DNA of 64,000 bases from an uncultured Oscillospiraceae bacterium (GCA_944387845.1 CALXGH010000039.1:14930-78929), one strand, 5' to 3'; positions 45,119 to 55,758 are shown, counted from the stretch's first letter. Translations and numbers: made by a program. Notes: generated from the sequence alone by a model not told the origin.

Positions 45119-46453
45119 ATGGAAAAAATCAAAACGAGAAGGCGTCTGCGCCCTCCTCAGATAATTCTTTTAGGCTTTTTTCTCCTGATATCCTGTGGCA
45201 CACTGCTCTTAATGCTGCCTGTTTCCACAGTTTCTGGGGAAGGCGCGTCTTTTCTGGACGCGCTGTTTACCGCTACAAGCGCTTCATGTGTTACGGGCCT
45301 TATAGTTCATGACACCGCCCAGTACTGGACGGTTTTTGGTCAGGCCGTCATCATCGGTCTTATTCAGATCGGCGGCATGGGCGTAATAACAATGGCCATA
45401 TTTGTTGCCATAATATCAGGCAAAAAGATTGGCCTTCAGCAGAGAAGCATGATGCAGGAGTCAATCTCAGCACCGCAGATCGGCGGAATCATCCGCTTTA
45501 CAAATATGATTTTGAAAGTGGCTTTTATAACAGAGCTCTCGGCAGCTCTTATTATGGCGCCTGTTTTCTGCGGCCAGTTCGGCCTTGTCAAGGGTCTCTG
45601 GTATGCTCTTTTTCACTCCATAAGCGCTTTTTGTAACGCGGGATTTGATCTCATGGGCGTTGTTGAGCCATATTCGTCCCTTACCTCTTACTCGGCGCAG
45701 CCTGTAATAAACTTTGTAATAATGTTCCTTATCTTCTTCGGCGGTATTGGTTTTCTCACATGGGACGACATTCTGAAAAACAGACACCACATCAGAAGAT
45801 ACCGTCTTCAGTCAAAGATAATACTCGCAACAACCTTTACTATTATTATGGTCCCCGCTCTTTATATGTTTTTCTTTGAATTTCAGGATTTTCCTCTCAG
45901 CGAGAGAATCCTGCTGTCTCTGTTCCAGTCGGTTACGCCCAGAACCGCCGGCTTTAACACAGCTGACTTAAATGCAATGTCTGAAAGCGGCCAGTCGATA
46001 ATGATATTACTCATGCTCATCGGTGGTGCCCCAGGTTCTACCGCAGGTGGTATGAAGGTAACCACCGCAGCGGTACTTTTGGCCTGCACTTTCTCTGTTT
46101 TCAGAAACAGAAGCGATGCGAATATGTTCTCACGGCGCATTCCCGCTGACAACATAAGATACGCTGCGGCTGTATTTATTATATATTTAGTCCTGTTCCT
46201 TTTTGCAGGTCTTGTAATCAGCAGTATCGAAGGACTTCCTGTTGTAGATTGTCTTTATGAAACCGCATCGGCAATAGGAACAGTTGGACTGACTCTGGGC
46301 ATAACCCCGGGTCTCAGCTCCGTCTCCCATGTTATACTCATTTCACTTATGTTCCTAGGAAGAGTCGGCGGACTAACTCTTCTGTACGCCTTCTTTGGAA
46401 CGGAAAAAACACATATGTCCCATCTGCCTCAGGAGCAGGTAGCAGTAGGTTAA
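45119..46453 (+). CDS. ktrB: TrkH/KtrB family potassium uptake membrane subunit
   Basis: Repeated MPM selectivity-filter segments (TATSASCVTGL, NAGFD, TPRTAGFN, ASAIGTVGLT). The ATG at 45119 lies 8 nt after AGGTGG. Alternative GTG at 45107. Confidence 0.9.
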   Translation: MEKIKTRRRLRPPQIILLGFFLLISCGTLLLMLPVSTVSGEGASFLDALFTATSASCVTGLIVHDTAQYWTVFGQAVIIGLIQIGGMGVITMAIFVAIISGKKIGLQQRSMMQESISAPQIGGIIRFTNMILKVAFITELSAALIMAPVFCGQFGLVKGLWYALFHSISAFCNAGFDLMGVVEPYSSLTSYSAQPVINFVIMFLIFFGGIGFLTWDDILKNRHHIRRYRLQSKIILATTFTIIMVPALYMFFFEFQDFPLSERILLSLFQSVTPRTAGFNTADLNAMSESGQSIMILLMLIGGAPGSTAGGMKVTTAAVLLACTFSVFRNRSDANMFSRRIPADNIRYAAAVFIIYLVLFLFAGLVISSIEGLPVVDCLYETASAIGTVGLTLGITPGLSSVSHVILISLMFLGRVGGLTLLYAFFGTEKTHMSHLPQEQVAVG

Positions 46454-46473
46454 TATAGTAAAGGAGAAATAGT

Positions 46474-47121
46474 ATGAAAAATATTTTGCTTATCGGCCTC
46501 GGCCGTTTTGGCAGACACGTAGCACAGACACTCAGCCAGCGGAAGCACCAAATCATGGCTGTGGATATTTCTGAGGAACGTATAAACGACATTCTGCCTT
46601 ATGTTACAAACGCCCAGATTGGAGACAGCACAAACGAGCAGTTTTTGGCCTCTCTCGGTATTCCCGACTATGACGTCTGCATCGTAGCCATAGGAGATGA
46701 TTTCCAGAACTCATTGGAAACAACCTCCCTTCTTAAAGAGCTGGGAGCGCGTCTTGTAGTAGCCAGAGCCTGCCGTGAGGTCCATGCAAAGTTCCTCCTT
46801 AGAAACGGCGCGGACGATGTAGTATATCCGGAAAAGGAAATGGCTGTCCACACCGCCATCCGATACAGCTCTGAACGTATCTTGGACTATTTCGGACTCG
46901 ACGACAAATATGCTATATACAATATCACCGTACCTGACGCCTGGGTCGGTAAAACTCTCGGCGATCTCAATGTTCGCAAAAAATACAATGTAAACATTGT
47001 GGCCATTAAGGAAAACGACAGGCTCCAGGCCGGTCTTACCGCTGACACCGTTTTCAAAAGCGGCCAGAAGATACTGGCTCTTGGTACAGAATCCGACGTC
47101 CAGAAATGTTTCCGTCTGTGA
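46474..47121 (+). CDS. ktrA: TrkA/KtrA potassium uptake regulatory subunit (RCK_N + RCK_C)
   Basis: Rossmann motif LLIGLGRFG. 215 aa. Adjacent to ktrB. Confidence 0.9.
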   Translation: MKNILLIGLGRFGRHVAQTLSQRKHQIMAVDISEERINDILPYVTNAQIGDSTNEQFLASLGIPDYDVCIVAIGDDFQNSLETTSLLKELGARLVVARACREVHAKFLLRNGADDVVYPEKEMAVHTAIRYSSERILDYFGLDDKYAIYNITVPDAWVGKTLGDLNVRKKYNVNIVAIKENDRLQAGLTADTVFKSGQKILALGTESDVQKCFRL

Positions 47122-47144
47122 TTACACCTATCATGTAGTGCCCT

Positions 47145-47681
47145 ATGAAAAGTACTGTAAAAATCTCTATTGAGGATATCACCCTATCTGATTGCCAGTG
47201 CATAGTAAATGCAGCAAACGAAAATCTGCTGCCTGGCGGTGGTGTGTGCGGCGCCATATTCCGCAGGGCGGGATACGACCAGCTTGACAGAGCCTGCCGG
47301 AAAATAGGCTTTTGTGAAACAGGTAGGGCGGTTATCACACCAGGGTTTAATCTGAAATCCCAGTACATAATCCATACACCTGGCCCTGTATGGCGTGGTG
47401 GAAACAGCGGCGAAAGGGATCTTTTGTACTCATGCTACAAAAGCGCTCTGGCGCTCTGCGTGGAAAATGATATAAACTCCATCTCATTTCCTCTCATATC
47501 CTCAGGCATTTTCGGATATCCCCTGAGAGAAGCCTGGCAGACAGCACTTTTATCGGTAACAGATTTTTTCTGTGAAAACCCGCAGCATAAAATAGATGTC
47601 AAATTCTGTGTCCTTGAAAAATCCGTTGCGGATTTGGGCCGTTCAATACTTGAAGAAATACAAAAAAACACCCTCCAGTGA
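47145..47681 (+). CDS. Macro-domain protein (O-acetyl-ADP-ribose deacetylase / YmdB-like)
   Basis: IVNAANENLLPGGGVCGAIF and FPLISSGIFGYP motifs. Confidence 0.85.
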   Translation: MKSTVKISIEDITLSDCQCIVNAANENLLPGGGVCGAIFRRAGYDQLDRACRKIGFCETGRAVITPGFNLKSQYIIHTPGPVWRGGNSGERDLLYSCYKSALALCVENDINSISFPLISSGIFGYPLREAWQTALLSVTDFFCENPQHKIDVKFCVLEKSVADLGRSILEEIQKNTLQ

Positions 47682-47693
47682 GGGTGTTTTTTT
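47662..47693. terminator. Bidirectional terminator (macro-domain gene / pncA)
   Basis: AAACACCCTC (47666-47675), loop CAGT, GAGGGTGTTT (47680-47689). A-run before and T-run after. The macro-domain gene's TGA lies at the loop/stem junction. Confidence 0.85.
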
Positions 47694-47717
47694 AATATCT
47701 CTTTCCATATGCAAAAA

Positions 47718-48248
47718 TCATACTACCTCTATCTGGCATACTTTCATTGCCTTCAGAGCGTTATCATGAGTCTCGGGCGACACACCGGCGCAGCAGTCAG
47801 ACTCCACAACTATTTTTACTTCAGGCAAAAATGCCTTTATAAGCAGGGCGTTTGATATTACACATATATCGGTACACAGCCCAATGAGAGTTATCTTTTC
47901 TATCTCATTCCTGCCATTTTCCTCTTTCAAAATGGCAGCGAGTTCATCACTTCCGAAGGTGGGCTTATCAATAATAAGTCGTCCGTCAGTATATTTTTTC
48001 AAAGAATCTATTATCTCCCATCCCTTAGTATCTTTTACACAGTGTACTATGGGAAGATTTTTCCCCTCCTGGGTACTAAGATAATCCTCTTTATGTGTAT
48101 CCCTCGTAAATATGAGCTTTTCTCCAGCTTTCTCCGCTTTTTCCACCCTTTTTATAACATTTTCAGTGATTTCTTCCGCCTCTTTTGTGCCCAGGGCCCC
48201 GTCGACGAAATCATTCTGCATATCAATAACAACTAAAATATTCTGCAT
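47718..48248 (-). CDS. pncA: Isochorismatase-family cysteine hydrolase, nicotinamidase-like
   Basis: VVIDMQNDF, catalytic Cys region LIGLCTDICV. The ATG at 48248 lies 5 nt after GGAGG. Confidence 0.75.
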   Translation of the reverse strand: MQNILVVIDMQNDFVDGALGTKEAEEITENVIKRVEKAEKAGEKLIFTRDTHKEDYLSTQEGKNLPIVHCVKDTKGWEIIDSLKKYTDGRLIIDKPTFGSDELAAILKEENGRNEIEKITLIGLCTDICVISNALLIKAFLPEVKIVVESDCCAGVSPETHDNALKAMKVCQIEVV

Positions 48249-48332
48249 TGCTGCCTCCAAAAATTTTAATTCCTATCAGAATAGTAAAAAGCGGACCGCC
48301 GGATACAGCCGCGGTCCGCCTTTATCTTACAT

Positions 48333-49670
48333 TTATCTCTTGTTTGAACGGCGCCAAATCTTCATTTCTTCAGCGGACTTGATAAGCTCGTCTCTGAAAA
48401 TAGGATTTGCAAGGTTTATGAGAGCCTCTGTTCTCTGCCATGCCGTCATACCCTTAAGGTTTACACAGCCATACTCAGTGCATACATACATAACATTTGC
48501 TCTGGTATCTGTAACTACGGAGCCGTTTGTGAGGGTCGGTCTTATACGGCTCTGTGGCTTTCCTGTCTTCTTGTCAACAAAAGTGGATGACAGGCAGATA
48601 AAGCTCTTACCGCCTTTGCTCTTGTAAGCGCCCAGAACGAAGTCAAGCTGACCGCCAGCACCGCTTATATGACGTATGCCCGCGCTCTCAGCGCTTATCT
48701 GACCGTAGAGGTCGATATCGATAGCGTTGTTTATGGAAATAAAGTTGTCTATGCTTCCGATAACATCGATATCGTTTGTATACTCAACGCTCTTCGCAAT
48801 AACTTCAGGGTTGTTGTCTATATAGTCATATAGCTTCTTTGTACCTGCACCGAAAGCGTATACCTGCTTGCCATGGTCTGTTGATTTCCTCTTGCCTGTT
48901 ATCTTGCCAGCCTTGGCAATGTCAACAAAGGCATCAACATACATCTCAGTGTGAACACCAAGATCTTTAAGATCGCTTTGAGCGATGAGGCTTCCTACAG
49001 CGTTTGGCATACCGCCAATACCAAGCTGGAGGCAGGCACCGTCAGGAATGTGGGATACGATCATCTCAGCTACAGTCTGATCGATTTCAGTAGCAGCGCC
49101 ACCGGCCATTTCCCCGATAGGTGGATTGTCCCCTTCAACTATCATGGCAACATCATTTATATGTACGCCCTTTGTACCCAGACATACAGGCATGTTCTTA
49201 TTAACTTCAACAATTATGATCTTCGCTTTTTCGCAGACAGCCTCAAGATGGCTTGCGTTAGGGCCAAAATTGAAATATCCATCCTTGTCCATAGGTGAAA
49301 CCTGGAAAACAGCAACGTCAAGGCTGTCTGGTCTCTCTCTGTAATATCTCGGAAGCTCGCTGTAACGGATAGGAGAATAGTACGCAAATCCAGCGTTTAT
49401 GGCCTTGCGCTCTATGCCACTCATATGCCAGCTGTTCCATGTCATGTGGTCGGCAGCATTTTCAACCTCAAATATGGCGGGAACTGCAAGCAAAATTCCG
49501 CCTCGGAAGTTTACATTTTCAAGTTCCGGCAGTCTTTTCGCGATCTCTCTGTCAACTGCTACCGGTGTGCCAGTTGTCCAGCCGTAATCAACCCAGTCGC
49601 CGCTCTTAACGACTTTGGCGGCCCCTTCAGCAGTAGTCAGTTTCTGCTTATACAGTGCTTCATAATCCAT
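48333..49670 (-). CDS. but: Butyryl-CoA:acetate CoA-transferase (4-hydroxybutyrate CoA-transferase / acetyl-CoA hydrolase family)
   Basis: 445 aa. The N-terminus [31 protein letters not shown] and overall layout resemble, from memory, Roseburia-type But enzymes. Adjacent to the butyryl-CoA operon. Confidence 0.8.
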   Translation of the reverse strand: MDYEALYKQKLTTAEGAAKVVKSGDWVDYGWTTGTPVAVDREIAKRLPELENVNFRGGILLAVPAIFEVENAADHMTWNSWHMSGIERKAINAGFAYYSPIRYSELPRYYRERPDSLDVAVFQVSPMDKDGYFNFGPNASHLEAVCEKAKIIIVEVNKNMPVCLGTKGVHINDVAMIVEGDNPPIGEMAGGAATEIDQTVAEMIVSHIPDGACLQLGIGGMPNAVGSLIAQSDLKDLGVHTEMYVDAFVDIAKAGKITGKRKSTDHGKQVYAFGAGTKKLYDYIDNNPEVIAKSVEYTNDIDVIGSIDNFISINNAIDIDLYGQISAESAGIRHISGAGGQLDFVLGAYKSKGGKSFICLSSTFVDKKTGKPQSRIRPTLTNGSVVTDTRANVMYVCTEYGCVNLKGMTAWQRTEALINLANPIFRDELIKSAEEMKIWRRSNKR

Positions 49671-49751
49671 TTAGGCAGTACTCCTTTGTCAAATATGGTT
49701 TTTGTTTTAAATTCAAGCTGTTTTATACCGCTTTTGTTTTCAGTTTTTTTA

Positions 49752-49780
49752 ATAATAACATTTCATTCAATCCGTGGCAA
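49752..49780 (-). promoter_or_regulatory. Sigma-A promoter of but
   Basis: On the minus strand: TTGCCA (49780-49775), 17 nt spacer, TATTAT (49757-49752). Confidence 0.6.
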
Positions 49781-49863
49781 GTTTTTGTGAAAATTTCTAG
49801 GGCCGTGGCATACATCACCCCTCGACCATTCGACAAAATTTGCGTAAATTTTACACAAGAACC

Positions 49864-49887
49864 AATATTTCCATATTTGGAAATATT
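49864..49887. promoter_or_regulatory. 24-bp perfect palindrome, candidate regulator site between but and coaD/thl
   Basis: AATATTTCCA-TATT-TGGAAATATT, 10-bp perfect arms. Confidence 0.45.
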
Positions 49888-49984
49888 CTCACAGATTTAA
49901 TCTATTTTCCACAATTTATAGTTAAAATCCTCTCAAACCAAAATAAAACCTATAAATATTGTAATATAAAAGCCCCAATTTTAA

Positions 49985-50013
49985 TTGACAAAGGGTATTA
50001 TATTTGATATACT
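49985..50013 (+). promoter_or_regulatory. Sigma-A promoter upstream of coaD (possibly also driving the thl operon)
   Basis: TTGACA (49985-49990), 17 nt spacer, TATACT (50008-50013). Confidence 0.65.
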
Positions 50014-50136
50014 ATTAACCGTGATATAAATAAATTTTTATCGATATGGTTTTTCGACAGCGAAGGCCTTATATTTTTGCCTTCATGCCTATCGCAAAAG
50101 CACATCTCAAGCACAGGTCATCGGAGGATAAAGGAA

Positions 50137-50619
50137 ATGTCGATTGCTATTTACCCGGGTAGTTTTGACCCTGTTACACGCGGCCATCTAGACATAATCA
50201 AGAGGGCTGCTAAGGTTACAGACAAGCTGATCATTGGTGTACTTAACAACAGCGCCAAAACCCCTTTGTTCACAACTGAGGAGAGGGTTGAGCTTATTCG
50301 GGAATGCGTAAAGGATTTTAAAAATATAGAGGTGGACAGTTTCGATGGTCTGACTGTTGACTTTGCCAAAGCTCACCACGCCACAGTGATGGTACGAGGT
50401 CTGCGGGCGGTTTCCGATTTTGAAAATGAGGTACAGCTTGCTCAGATAAACCATGCGCTCATGCCCAACATCGACACGGTGTTTTTCGTAACGAGCATAA
50501 AATGGGGATACCTCTCTTCCACAGTGGTAAAAGAATTTGCGAAGTACCACTCTGACGTCTCAAAGTTCGTAACTCCAAATGTAGAGGCGGCCCTGATAGA
50601 AAAATTCAGAGATAAATAA
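50137..50619 (+). CDS. coaD: Phosphopantetheine adenylyltransferase
   Basis: MSIAIYPGSFDPVTRGHLDII (HxGH-type motif). 160 aa from the ATG at 50137, after GGAGGA. The table start at 50077 adds an atypical extension. Confidence 0.92.
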   Translation: MSIAIYPGSFDPVTRGHLDIIKRAAKVTDKLIIGVLNNSAKTPLFTTEERVELIRECVKDFKNIEVDSFDGLTVDFAKAHHATVMVRGLRAVSDFENEVQLAQINHALMPNIDTVFFVTSIKWGYLSSTVVKEFAKYHSDVSKFVTPNVEAALIEKFRDK

Positions 50620-50704
50620 GCCATTCTTTCCGCGAAAAAACGCGGTTTGATATAAAAAGATAGTTCAATAAATTAACTTTATTTACAATTCACGGAGGTA
50701 ACTT

Positions 50705-51925
50705 ATGAAGAAAATTGTTATTGCCGGCGCTTGCCGTACAGCTATCGGCAAGATGGGCGGCGCTCTCTCAAACACACCTGCCGCTGATCTGGGCGCTATC
50801 GTAATCAAGGAAGCTCTCAACCGCGCAGGCGTTAAACCTGAACAGGTTGACCATGTTTACATGGGCTGTGTTATCCAGGCAGGTCTCGGACAGAACGTTG
50901 CACGTCAGGCATCCATCAAGGCTGGTCTTCCTATCGAAGTTCCTGCTGTTACAGTTAACGTAGTTTGCGGCTCCGGTCTTAACTGCGTAAACATGGCTGC
51001 TCAGATGATCGAGGCCGGCGACGCTGACATCGTTGTAGCAGGCGGTACAGAGAATATGTCCATGGCTCCTTTCGCTATGATGCAGGGCCGCTATGGCTAT
51101 CGTATGGGCTATCCTATGGGCAAGAGCAACCTTGTTGACACAATGGTAAACGACGCTCTTTGGGATGCTTTCAATGACTACCACATGGGTATCACAGCTG
51201 AAAACATCTGCGTTGATGAAAAGGCTCAGGCTAAGTATGGCTACAACCCAATAAACCGTCAGCAGCTTGATGAGTTTGCTGCAGCTTCTCAGCAGAAGGC
51301 TGTTGCAGCTCAGGAAAACGGCGCTTTCAAAGAAGAAATCGTAGGCGTTCCTATGCATGACAGAAAGAAAGGCGACTGGATCTTCGACACAGACGAAGGC
51401 CCACGTGCTGGCACGACTCCTGAATCTCTCTCCAAGCTGAAACCAGCATTCAAGAAAGACGGTATCGTTACAGCAGGTAATGCCTCCGGTATCAACGACG
51501 GTGCTGCAGCCGTTGTAGTAATGAGCGAAGAAAAGGCTAAAGAACTGGGCATCACACCTATGGCAACATGGGTAGCAGGCGCTCTCGGTGGCGTTGAGCC
51601 TGAAGTTATGGGCCTTGGTCCGATCGCTGCTACAAACAAAGTTCTCAATAAGACAGGCATGAAGATCGCTGACTTCGACCTTATCGAAGCTAACGAAGCT
51701 TTCGCTTCTCAGTCTATCGCTGTTGGTCAGTCCCTTGGCTTTGACCTTACAAAGCTCAATGTAAACGGCGGCGCTATCGCACTTGGCCATCCTGTTGGTG
51801 CTTCCGGCTGCCGTATCCTTGTAACACTCCTTTACGCTATGAAGCACCACGGCGCAAAGACAGGTCTTGCTACCCTCTGCATCGGTGGCGGTATGGGCTG
51901 TGCTACTATCGTTAAGATGGACTAA
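50705..51925 (+). CDS. thl: Acetyl-CoA C-acetyltransferase (thiolase)
   Basis: Active-site Cys region [10 protein letters not shown]-terminal [17 protein letters not shown] and CIGGGMG. Confidence 0.95.
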   Translation: MKKIVIAGACRTAIGKMGGALSNTPAADLGAIVIKEALNRAGVKPEQVDHVYMGCVIQAGLGQNVARQASIKAGLPIEVPAVTVNVVCGSGLNCVNMAAQMIEAGDADIVVAGGTENMSMAPFAMMQGRYGYRMGYPMGKSNLVDTMVNDALWDAFNDYHMGITAENICVDEKAQAKYGYNPINRQQLDEFAAASQQKAVAAQENGAFKEEIVGVPMHDRKKGDWIFDTDEGPRAGTTPESLSKLKPAFKKDGIVTAGNASGINDGAAAVVVMSEEKAKELGITPMATWVAGALGGVEPEVMGLGPIAATNKVLNKTGMKIADFDLIEANEAFASQSIAVGQSLGFDLTKLNVNGGAIALGHPVGASGCRILVTLLYAMKHHGAKTGLATLCIGGGMGCATIVKMD

Positions 51926-51953
51926 TTGAAATAATATAAAAGGAGAAATACAC

Positions 51954-52739
51954 ATGTCTTTTGTAAATACAGAAGTTCAGGGCGCAGTAGCAATCGTTAC
52001 TATCGACCGTCCGAAAGCTCTCAACGCTCTCAATCCTGAAGTTCTTGCTGACCTGAAGGCTGCTTTTGAAGCTATCGATCAGAACACAGTTCGCTGCGTT
52101 ATTCTTACAGGCGCTGGCGAAAAGAGCTTTGTTGCCGGCGCTGACATCGGCTCCATGAGCACAATGACAAAAGCCGAAGGCGAAGCATTTGGTAAGCTTG
52201 GCAACGACATCTTCCGTGAAATTGAAACATTCCCAATCCCTGTTATCGCTGCAGTTAACGGTTTCGCTCTTGGCGGCGGCAACGAGCTTGCTATGAGCTG
52301 CGATATCCGTATCTGCTCCGACACAGCTGTTTTTGGTCAGCCTGAAGTTGGTCTTGGTATCACACCGGGCTTCGGTGGCACACAGAGACTTGCACGTCTT
52401 GTTGGTATGGGCTACGCTAAGCAGATGGTTTACTCCGCTCTCAACATCGACGCAGCAGAAGCTCTGCGCATCGGTCTTGTAAACGCTGTATATCCACAGG
52501 CTGAGCTTATGGACGCAGCTATGAAGTTGGCTACAAAGATCTCCCGCAACGCTCCTATCGCCGTTCGCAACTGCAAGAAGGCTATTAACGACGGTATACA
52601 GGTAAATATTGATGACGCTCTTGTTATCGAAGAAAAGCTCTTTGGCGACTGCTTCGAGACACACGACCAGCGTGAAGGCATGGCATGCTTCCTCTCCAGA
52701 GAGAAGCCGAAGCCGAAAGCTGTTTTCACAAACAACTAA
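51954..52739 (+). CDS. crt: Short-chain enoyl-CoA hydratase (crotonase)
   Basis: ILTGAGEKSFVAGADI and GGGNELAMSCDIR motifs. 261 aa. Confidence 0.93.
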   Translation: MSFVNTEVQGAVAIVTIDRPKALNALNPEVLADLKAAFEAIDQNTVRCVILTGAGEKSFVAGADIGSMSTMTKAEGEAFGKLGNDIFREIETFPIPVIAAVNGFALGGGNELAMSCDIRICSDTAVFGQPEVGLGITPGFGGTQRLARLVGMGYAKQMVYSALNIDAAEALRIGLVNAVYPQAELMDAAMKLATKISRNAPIAVRNCKKAINDGIQVNIDDALVIEEKLFGDCFETHDQREGMACFLSREKPKPKAVFTNN

Positions 52740-52827
52740 GTCATGTTAAAAATTTCAGGTATGCCTGTTTCATTCAGGCGTACCTGAACCCACGAATATA
52801 TACATATTAAAAAAAGGAGAAATCACT

Positions 52828-53694
52828 ATGAAAGTTGGTATTATCGGTGCCGGCACAATGGGTCAGGGCATCGCAAAAGCTTTTGCTCAGTGCGGCATGG
52901 AAGTTGCATTATGCGATATCAAGCAGGAATGGGCAGAAAACGGTAAAGCTAAGATCGCCAGCGGCTACGCTCGTCTTGTTTCCAAGGGCAAGATGACTCA
53001 GGAGCAGGTTGACGCTATCGTTAACGCAATCACACCGGGCCTGAAAGAGGACCTCTGCGCTGACTGCGACCTCATCGTTGAGGCTGCTTTCGAAGACATG
53101 GGCGTTAAGCAGAAGACATTCTCCGAGCTGGACGAGATCTGCAAGGAAGGCTGCATCCTGGCTTCCAACACATCTTCCCTCTCCATCACAGAGATTGGTA
53201 AGGGCATCAAGCATCCAGTAGTAGGCATGCACTTCTTCAACCCTGCTGACAGAATGAAGCTTGTTGAAGTTATCGCAGGCGCCAACACATCCGCTGAGAC
53301 AGTTCAGGCTATCAAGGACATTTCCGCTCAGATCAACAAGACACCTGTTGAGGTTAACGAAGCTGCTGGTTTCGTTGTAAACCGCATCCTCATTCCTATG
53401 ATCAATGAAGCTTGCTTCATCAAGATGGAAGGCGTTTCCGATATCGAAGGTATCGACACAGCTATGAAGCTTGGTGCAAACCATCCTATGGGCCCACTGG
53501 AACTGGGCGACTACATCGGTCTTGACATCTGCCTTGCAATTATGGACGTACTCTACAACGAGACAGGCGACAGCAAGTATCGCGCTTGCCCACTGCTCCG
53601 CAAGATGGTACGCTCCGGCAACCTGGGCGTAAAGTCCGGCCGCGGCTTCTATATCTACAACGCTGACCGCACAAAGACAGCTATCGACAAGTAA
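52828..53694 (+). CDS. hbd: 3-Hydroxybutyryl-CoA dehydrogenase
   Basis: Rossmann motif IGAGTMGQGIA. SNTSSLSI and HFFNPA motifs. Confidence 0.95.
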   Translation: MKVGIIGAGTMGQGIAKAFAQCGMEVALCDIKQEWAENGKAKIASGYARLVSKGKMTQEQVDAIVNAITPGLKEDLCADCDLIVEAAFEDMGVKQKTFSELDEICKEGCILASNTSSLSITEIGKGIKHPVVGMHFFNPADRMKLVEVIAGANTSAETVQAIKDISAQINKTPVEVNEAAGFVVNRILIPMINEACFIKMEGVSDIEGIDTAMKLGANHPMGPLELGDYIGLDICLAIMDVLYNETGDSKYRACPLLRKMVRSGNLGVKSGRGFYIYNADRTKTAIDK

Positions 53695-53772
53695 AAGTAA
53701 ACCATACTGCACCCGCCTCCTCAAAGGAGGAGGCAGGGCAGTTTGTTATAAACCATTGGGAGGAATAACTGA

Positions 53773-54945
53773 ATGGATTTTGCACTTTCCAGAGAGCAGG
53801 CCATGGCTCAGGCTATGTTCCGTGAGTTTGCTCAGAACGAAGTAAAACCTCTTGCTGCTGAAGTAGACGAAGAGGAACGTTTCCCAAAAGAGACCGTTGA
53901 AAAAATGGGCAAATTGGGAATGATGGGTATCTATTTCCCGAAAAAATACGGCGGAGCCGGTGGCGACACATTGACATACGCAATGGCAGTCGAAGAGCTC
54001 AGCAAAGTTTGTGGTACAACAGGTGTTGTTGTTTCCGCCCACACATCTCTCTGCGCTGCTCCTATCTTTGAAAACGGCACAGAAGAGCAGAAGATGAAGT
54101 ACCTGCCTAAACTCTGCAGCGGCGAGTGGGTTGGCGCTTTCGGTCTTACTGAGCCAGGCGCTGGTACAGACGCTCAGGGTGTTCAGACAATGGCAGTTGA
54201 AAAGGACGACCATTGGGTTCTGAACGGCTCCAAGATCTTCATCACAAACGCTGGTTATGCTGATGTATTCATCATCATTGCTTGCACAGACATCGTTACA
54301 GACAAGAGAGGCCGTAAGCAGAAACTTATGAGTGCCTTTATTGTTGAGCGTACATTCCCAGGCTTCTCCGTTGGTAAGCACGAGAAGAAGATGGGTATCC
54401 GCGGTTCTTCCACATGCGAACTTATCATGGAAGACTGCATCGTTCCTAAAGAGAACCTTCTTGGCGTTCGCGGCAAGGGCTTCCAGCTTGCTATGGCAAC
54501 TCTTGACGGCGGCCGTATCGGTATCGCTTCCCAGGCTCTGGGTATTGCTGAAGGCGCTCTCGAGGAGACAGTTGCTTATGTTAAAGAACGTAAGCAGTTC
54601 GGCAGAAGCATCGCTCAGTTCCAGAACACACAGTTTGAGCTTGCTGAAATGAAAGCCCGCATTGAGGCTGCTAAGTATCTTGTATACAGAGCTGCTATTA
54701 AGAAGGGCGACGTTATGTCCGGCAAGATCAAAGCACGTTATTCAGTAGAAGCTGCAGAAGCTAAGCTCATCGCTGCTCGTACAGCAATGGATGTTACAAC
54801 ACGCTGCGTACAGCTCTTTGGCGGTTATGGCTACACACGTGATTACCCTGTTGAACGCATGATGCGCGACGCTAAGATCACAGAGATCTACGAAGGCACA
54901 AGTGAAGTTCAGCTCATGGTAATTTCCGGTGCACTGTTGAAGTAA
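53773..54945 (+). CDS. bcd: Butyryl-CoA dehydrogenase (acyl-CoA dehydrogenase, Bcd)
   Basis: FGLTEPGAGTDA and catalytic-base region YEGTSEVQ. 390 aa. Followed by etfBA. Confidence 0.93.
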   Translation: MDFALSREQAMAQAMFREFAQNEVKPLAAEVDEEERFPKETVEKMGKLGMMGIYFPKKYGGAGGDTLTYAMAVEELSKVCGTTGVVVSAHTSLCAAPIFENGTEEQKMKYLPKLCSGEWVGAFGLTEPGAGTDAQGVQTMAVEKDDHWVLNGSKIFITNAGYADVFIIIACTDIVTDKRGRKQKLMSAFIVERTFPGFSVGKHEKKMGIRGSSTCELIMEDCIVPKENLLGVRGKGFQLAMATLDGGRIGIASQALGIAEGALEETVAYVKERKQFGRSIAQFQNTQFELAEMKARIEAAKYLVYRAAIKKGDVMSGKIKARYSVEAAEAKLIAARTAMDVTTRCVQLFGGYGYTRDYPVERMMRDAKITEIYEGTSEVQLMVISGALLK

Positions 54946-54960
54946 GGAGGAATTAGATAA

Positions 54961-55758
54961 ATGAAAGCTATTGTATGTTTAAAGCAGGTTCCTGATACTT
55001 CCGGTAAAGTAGCTGTTAAAGACAATGGCCAGCTCGATCGTGGCTCCATGGCTACAATCACAAACCCGGATGACCTGAACGCACTTGAAGCAGCTCTCCA
55101 GCTCAAGGAGACAATCGGCTGCGACGAAGTTGTAGTAGTATCTATGGGCCCACCGGCAGCAGAGAATATGCTCCGCGAGTGCATCGCACGCGGTGCTGAC
55201 AGAGGCGTACTCGTATGCGGCGGCGAATTTGCCGGTTCCGATACATTCGCTACAAGCCAGATCATTGCTGCTGCTATCAATAAGATCGGCGTAGGTCCTG
55301 AGGACATCGTTTTCTGCGGCCGTCAGGCTATCGATGGCGATACAGCTCAGGTTGGTCCTCAGATCGCTGAAAAGCTGAATATCCCTCAGGTTACTTATGT
55401 AACTGAGATCAAAAAAGAAGGCGACGCTCTCATCTGCAAGAGAGCACTGGAAGATGGCTTCATGGTAGTAAAAGTTAAGACACCTTGCCTTCTCACCTGC
55501 ATCAAGGAACTCAATGAGCCCCGTTACATGTCCGTTTCTGGCATTTTCGGTGCTTATGACAAGCAGATTGAAATTTATGACTACCCAGCACTTAAGGACG
55601 ATCCACTGATCGAGACAGATACAATCGGTCTTAAGGGCTCCCCGACAAACGTATTCAAGAGCTTCACACCACCTCAGAAGGGTGCTGGCCAGATGCTCAC
55701 AAGCGACAGTCCAGAAACAGAGCTTGCCGGAATTCTTACCGGAAAGCATTTGATATGA
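54961..55758 (+). CDS. etfB: Electron transfer flavoprotein subunit beta
   Basis: MKAIVCLKQVPDT... and NPDDLNALEAAL are typical of EtfB. Confidence 0.93.
   Translation: MKAIVCLKQVPDTSGKVAVKDNGQLDRGSMATITNPDDLNALEAALQLKETIGCDEVVVVSMGPPAAENMLRECIARGADRGVLVCGGEFAGSDTFATSQIIAAAINKIGVGPEDIVFCGRQAIDGDTAQVGPQIAEKLNIPQVTYVTEIKKEGDALICKRALEDGFMVVKVKTPCLLTCIKELNEPRYMSVSGIFGAYDKQIEIYDYPALKDDPLIETDTIGLKGSPTNVFKSFTPPQKGAGQMLTSDSPETELAGILTGKHLI

Noticed and set aside
49783-49800. Rex operator near the but promoter (TTGTGAAAATTTCTAG) and upstream of thl (50661-50680, TAGTTCAATAAATTAACTTT).
   Set aside because: At the but promoter only one half-site matches TTGTGAA-N4-TTCACAA. The thl-proximal sequence needs a 5-nt spacer and has 5/7 + 5/7 matches. 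This is too weak to call.
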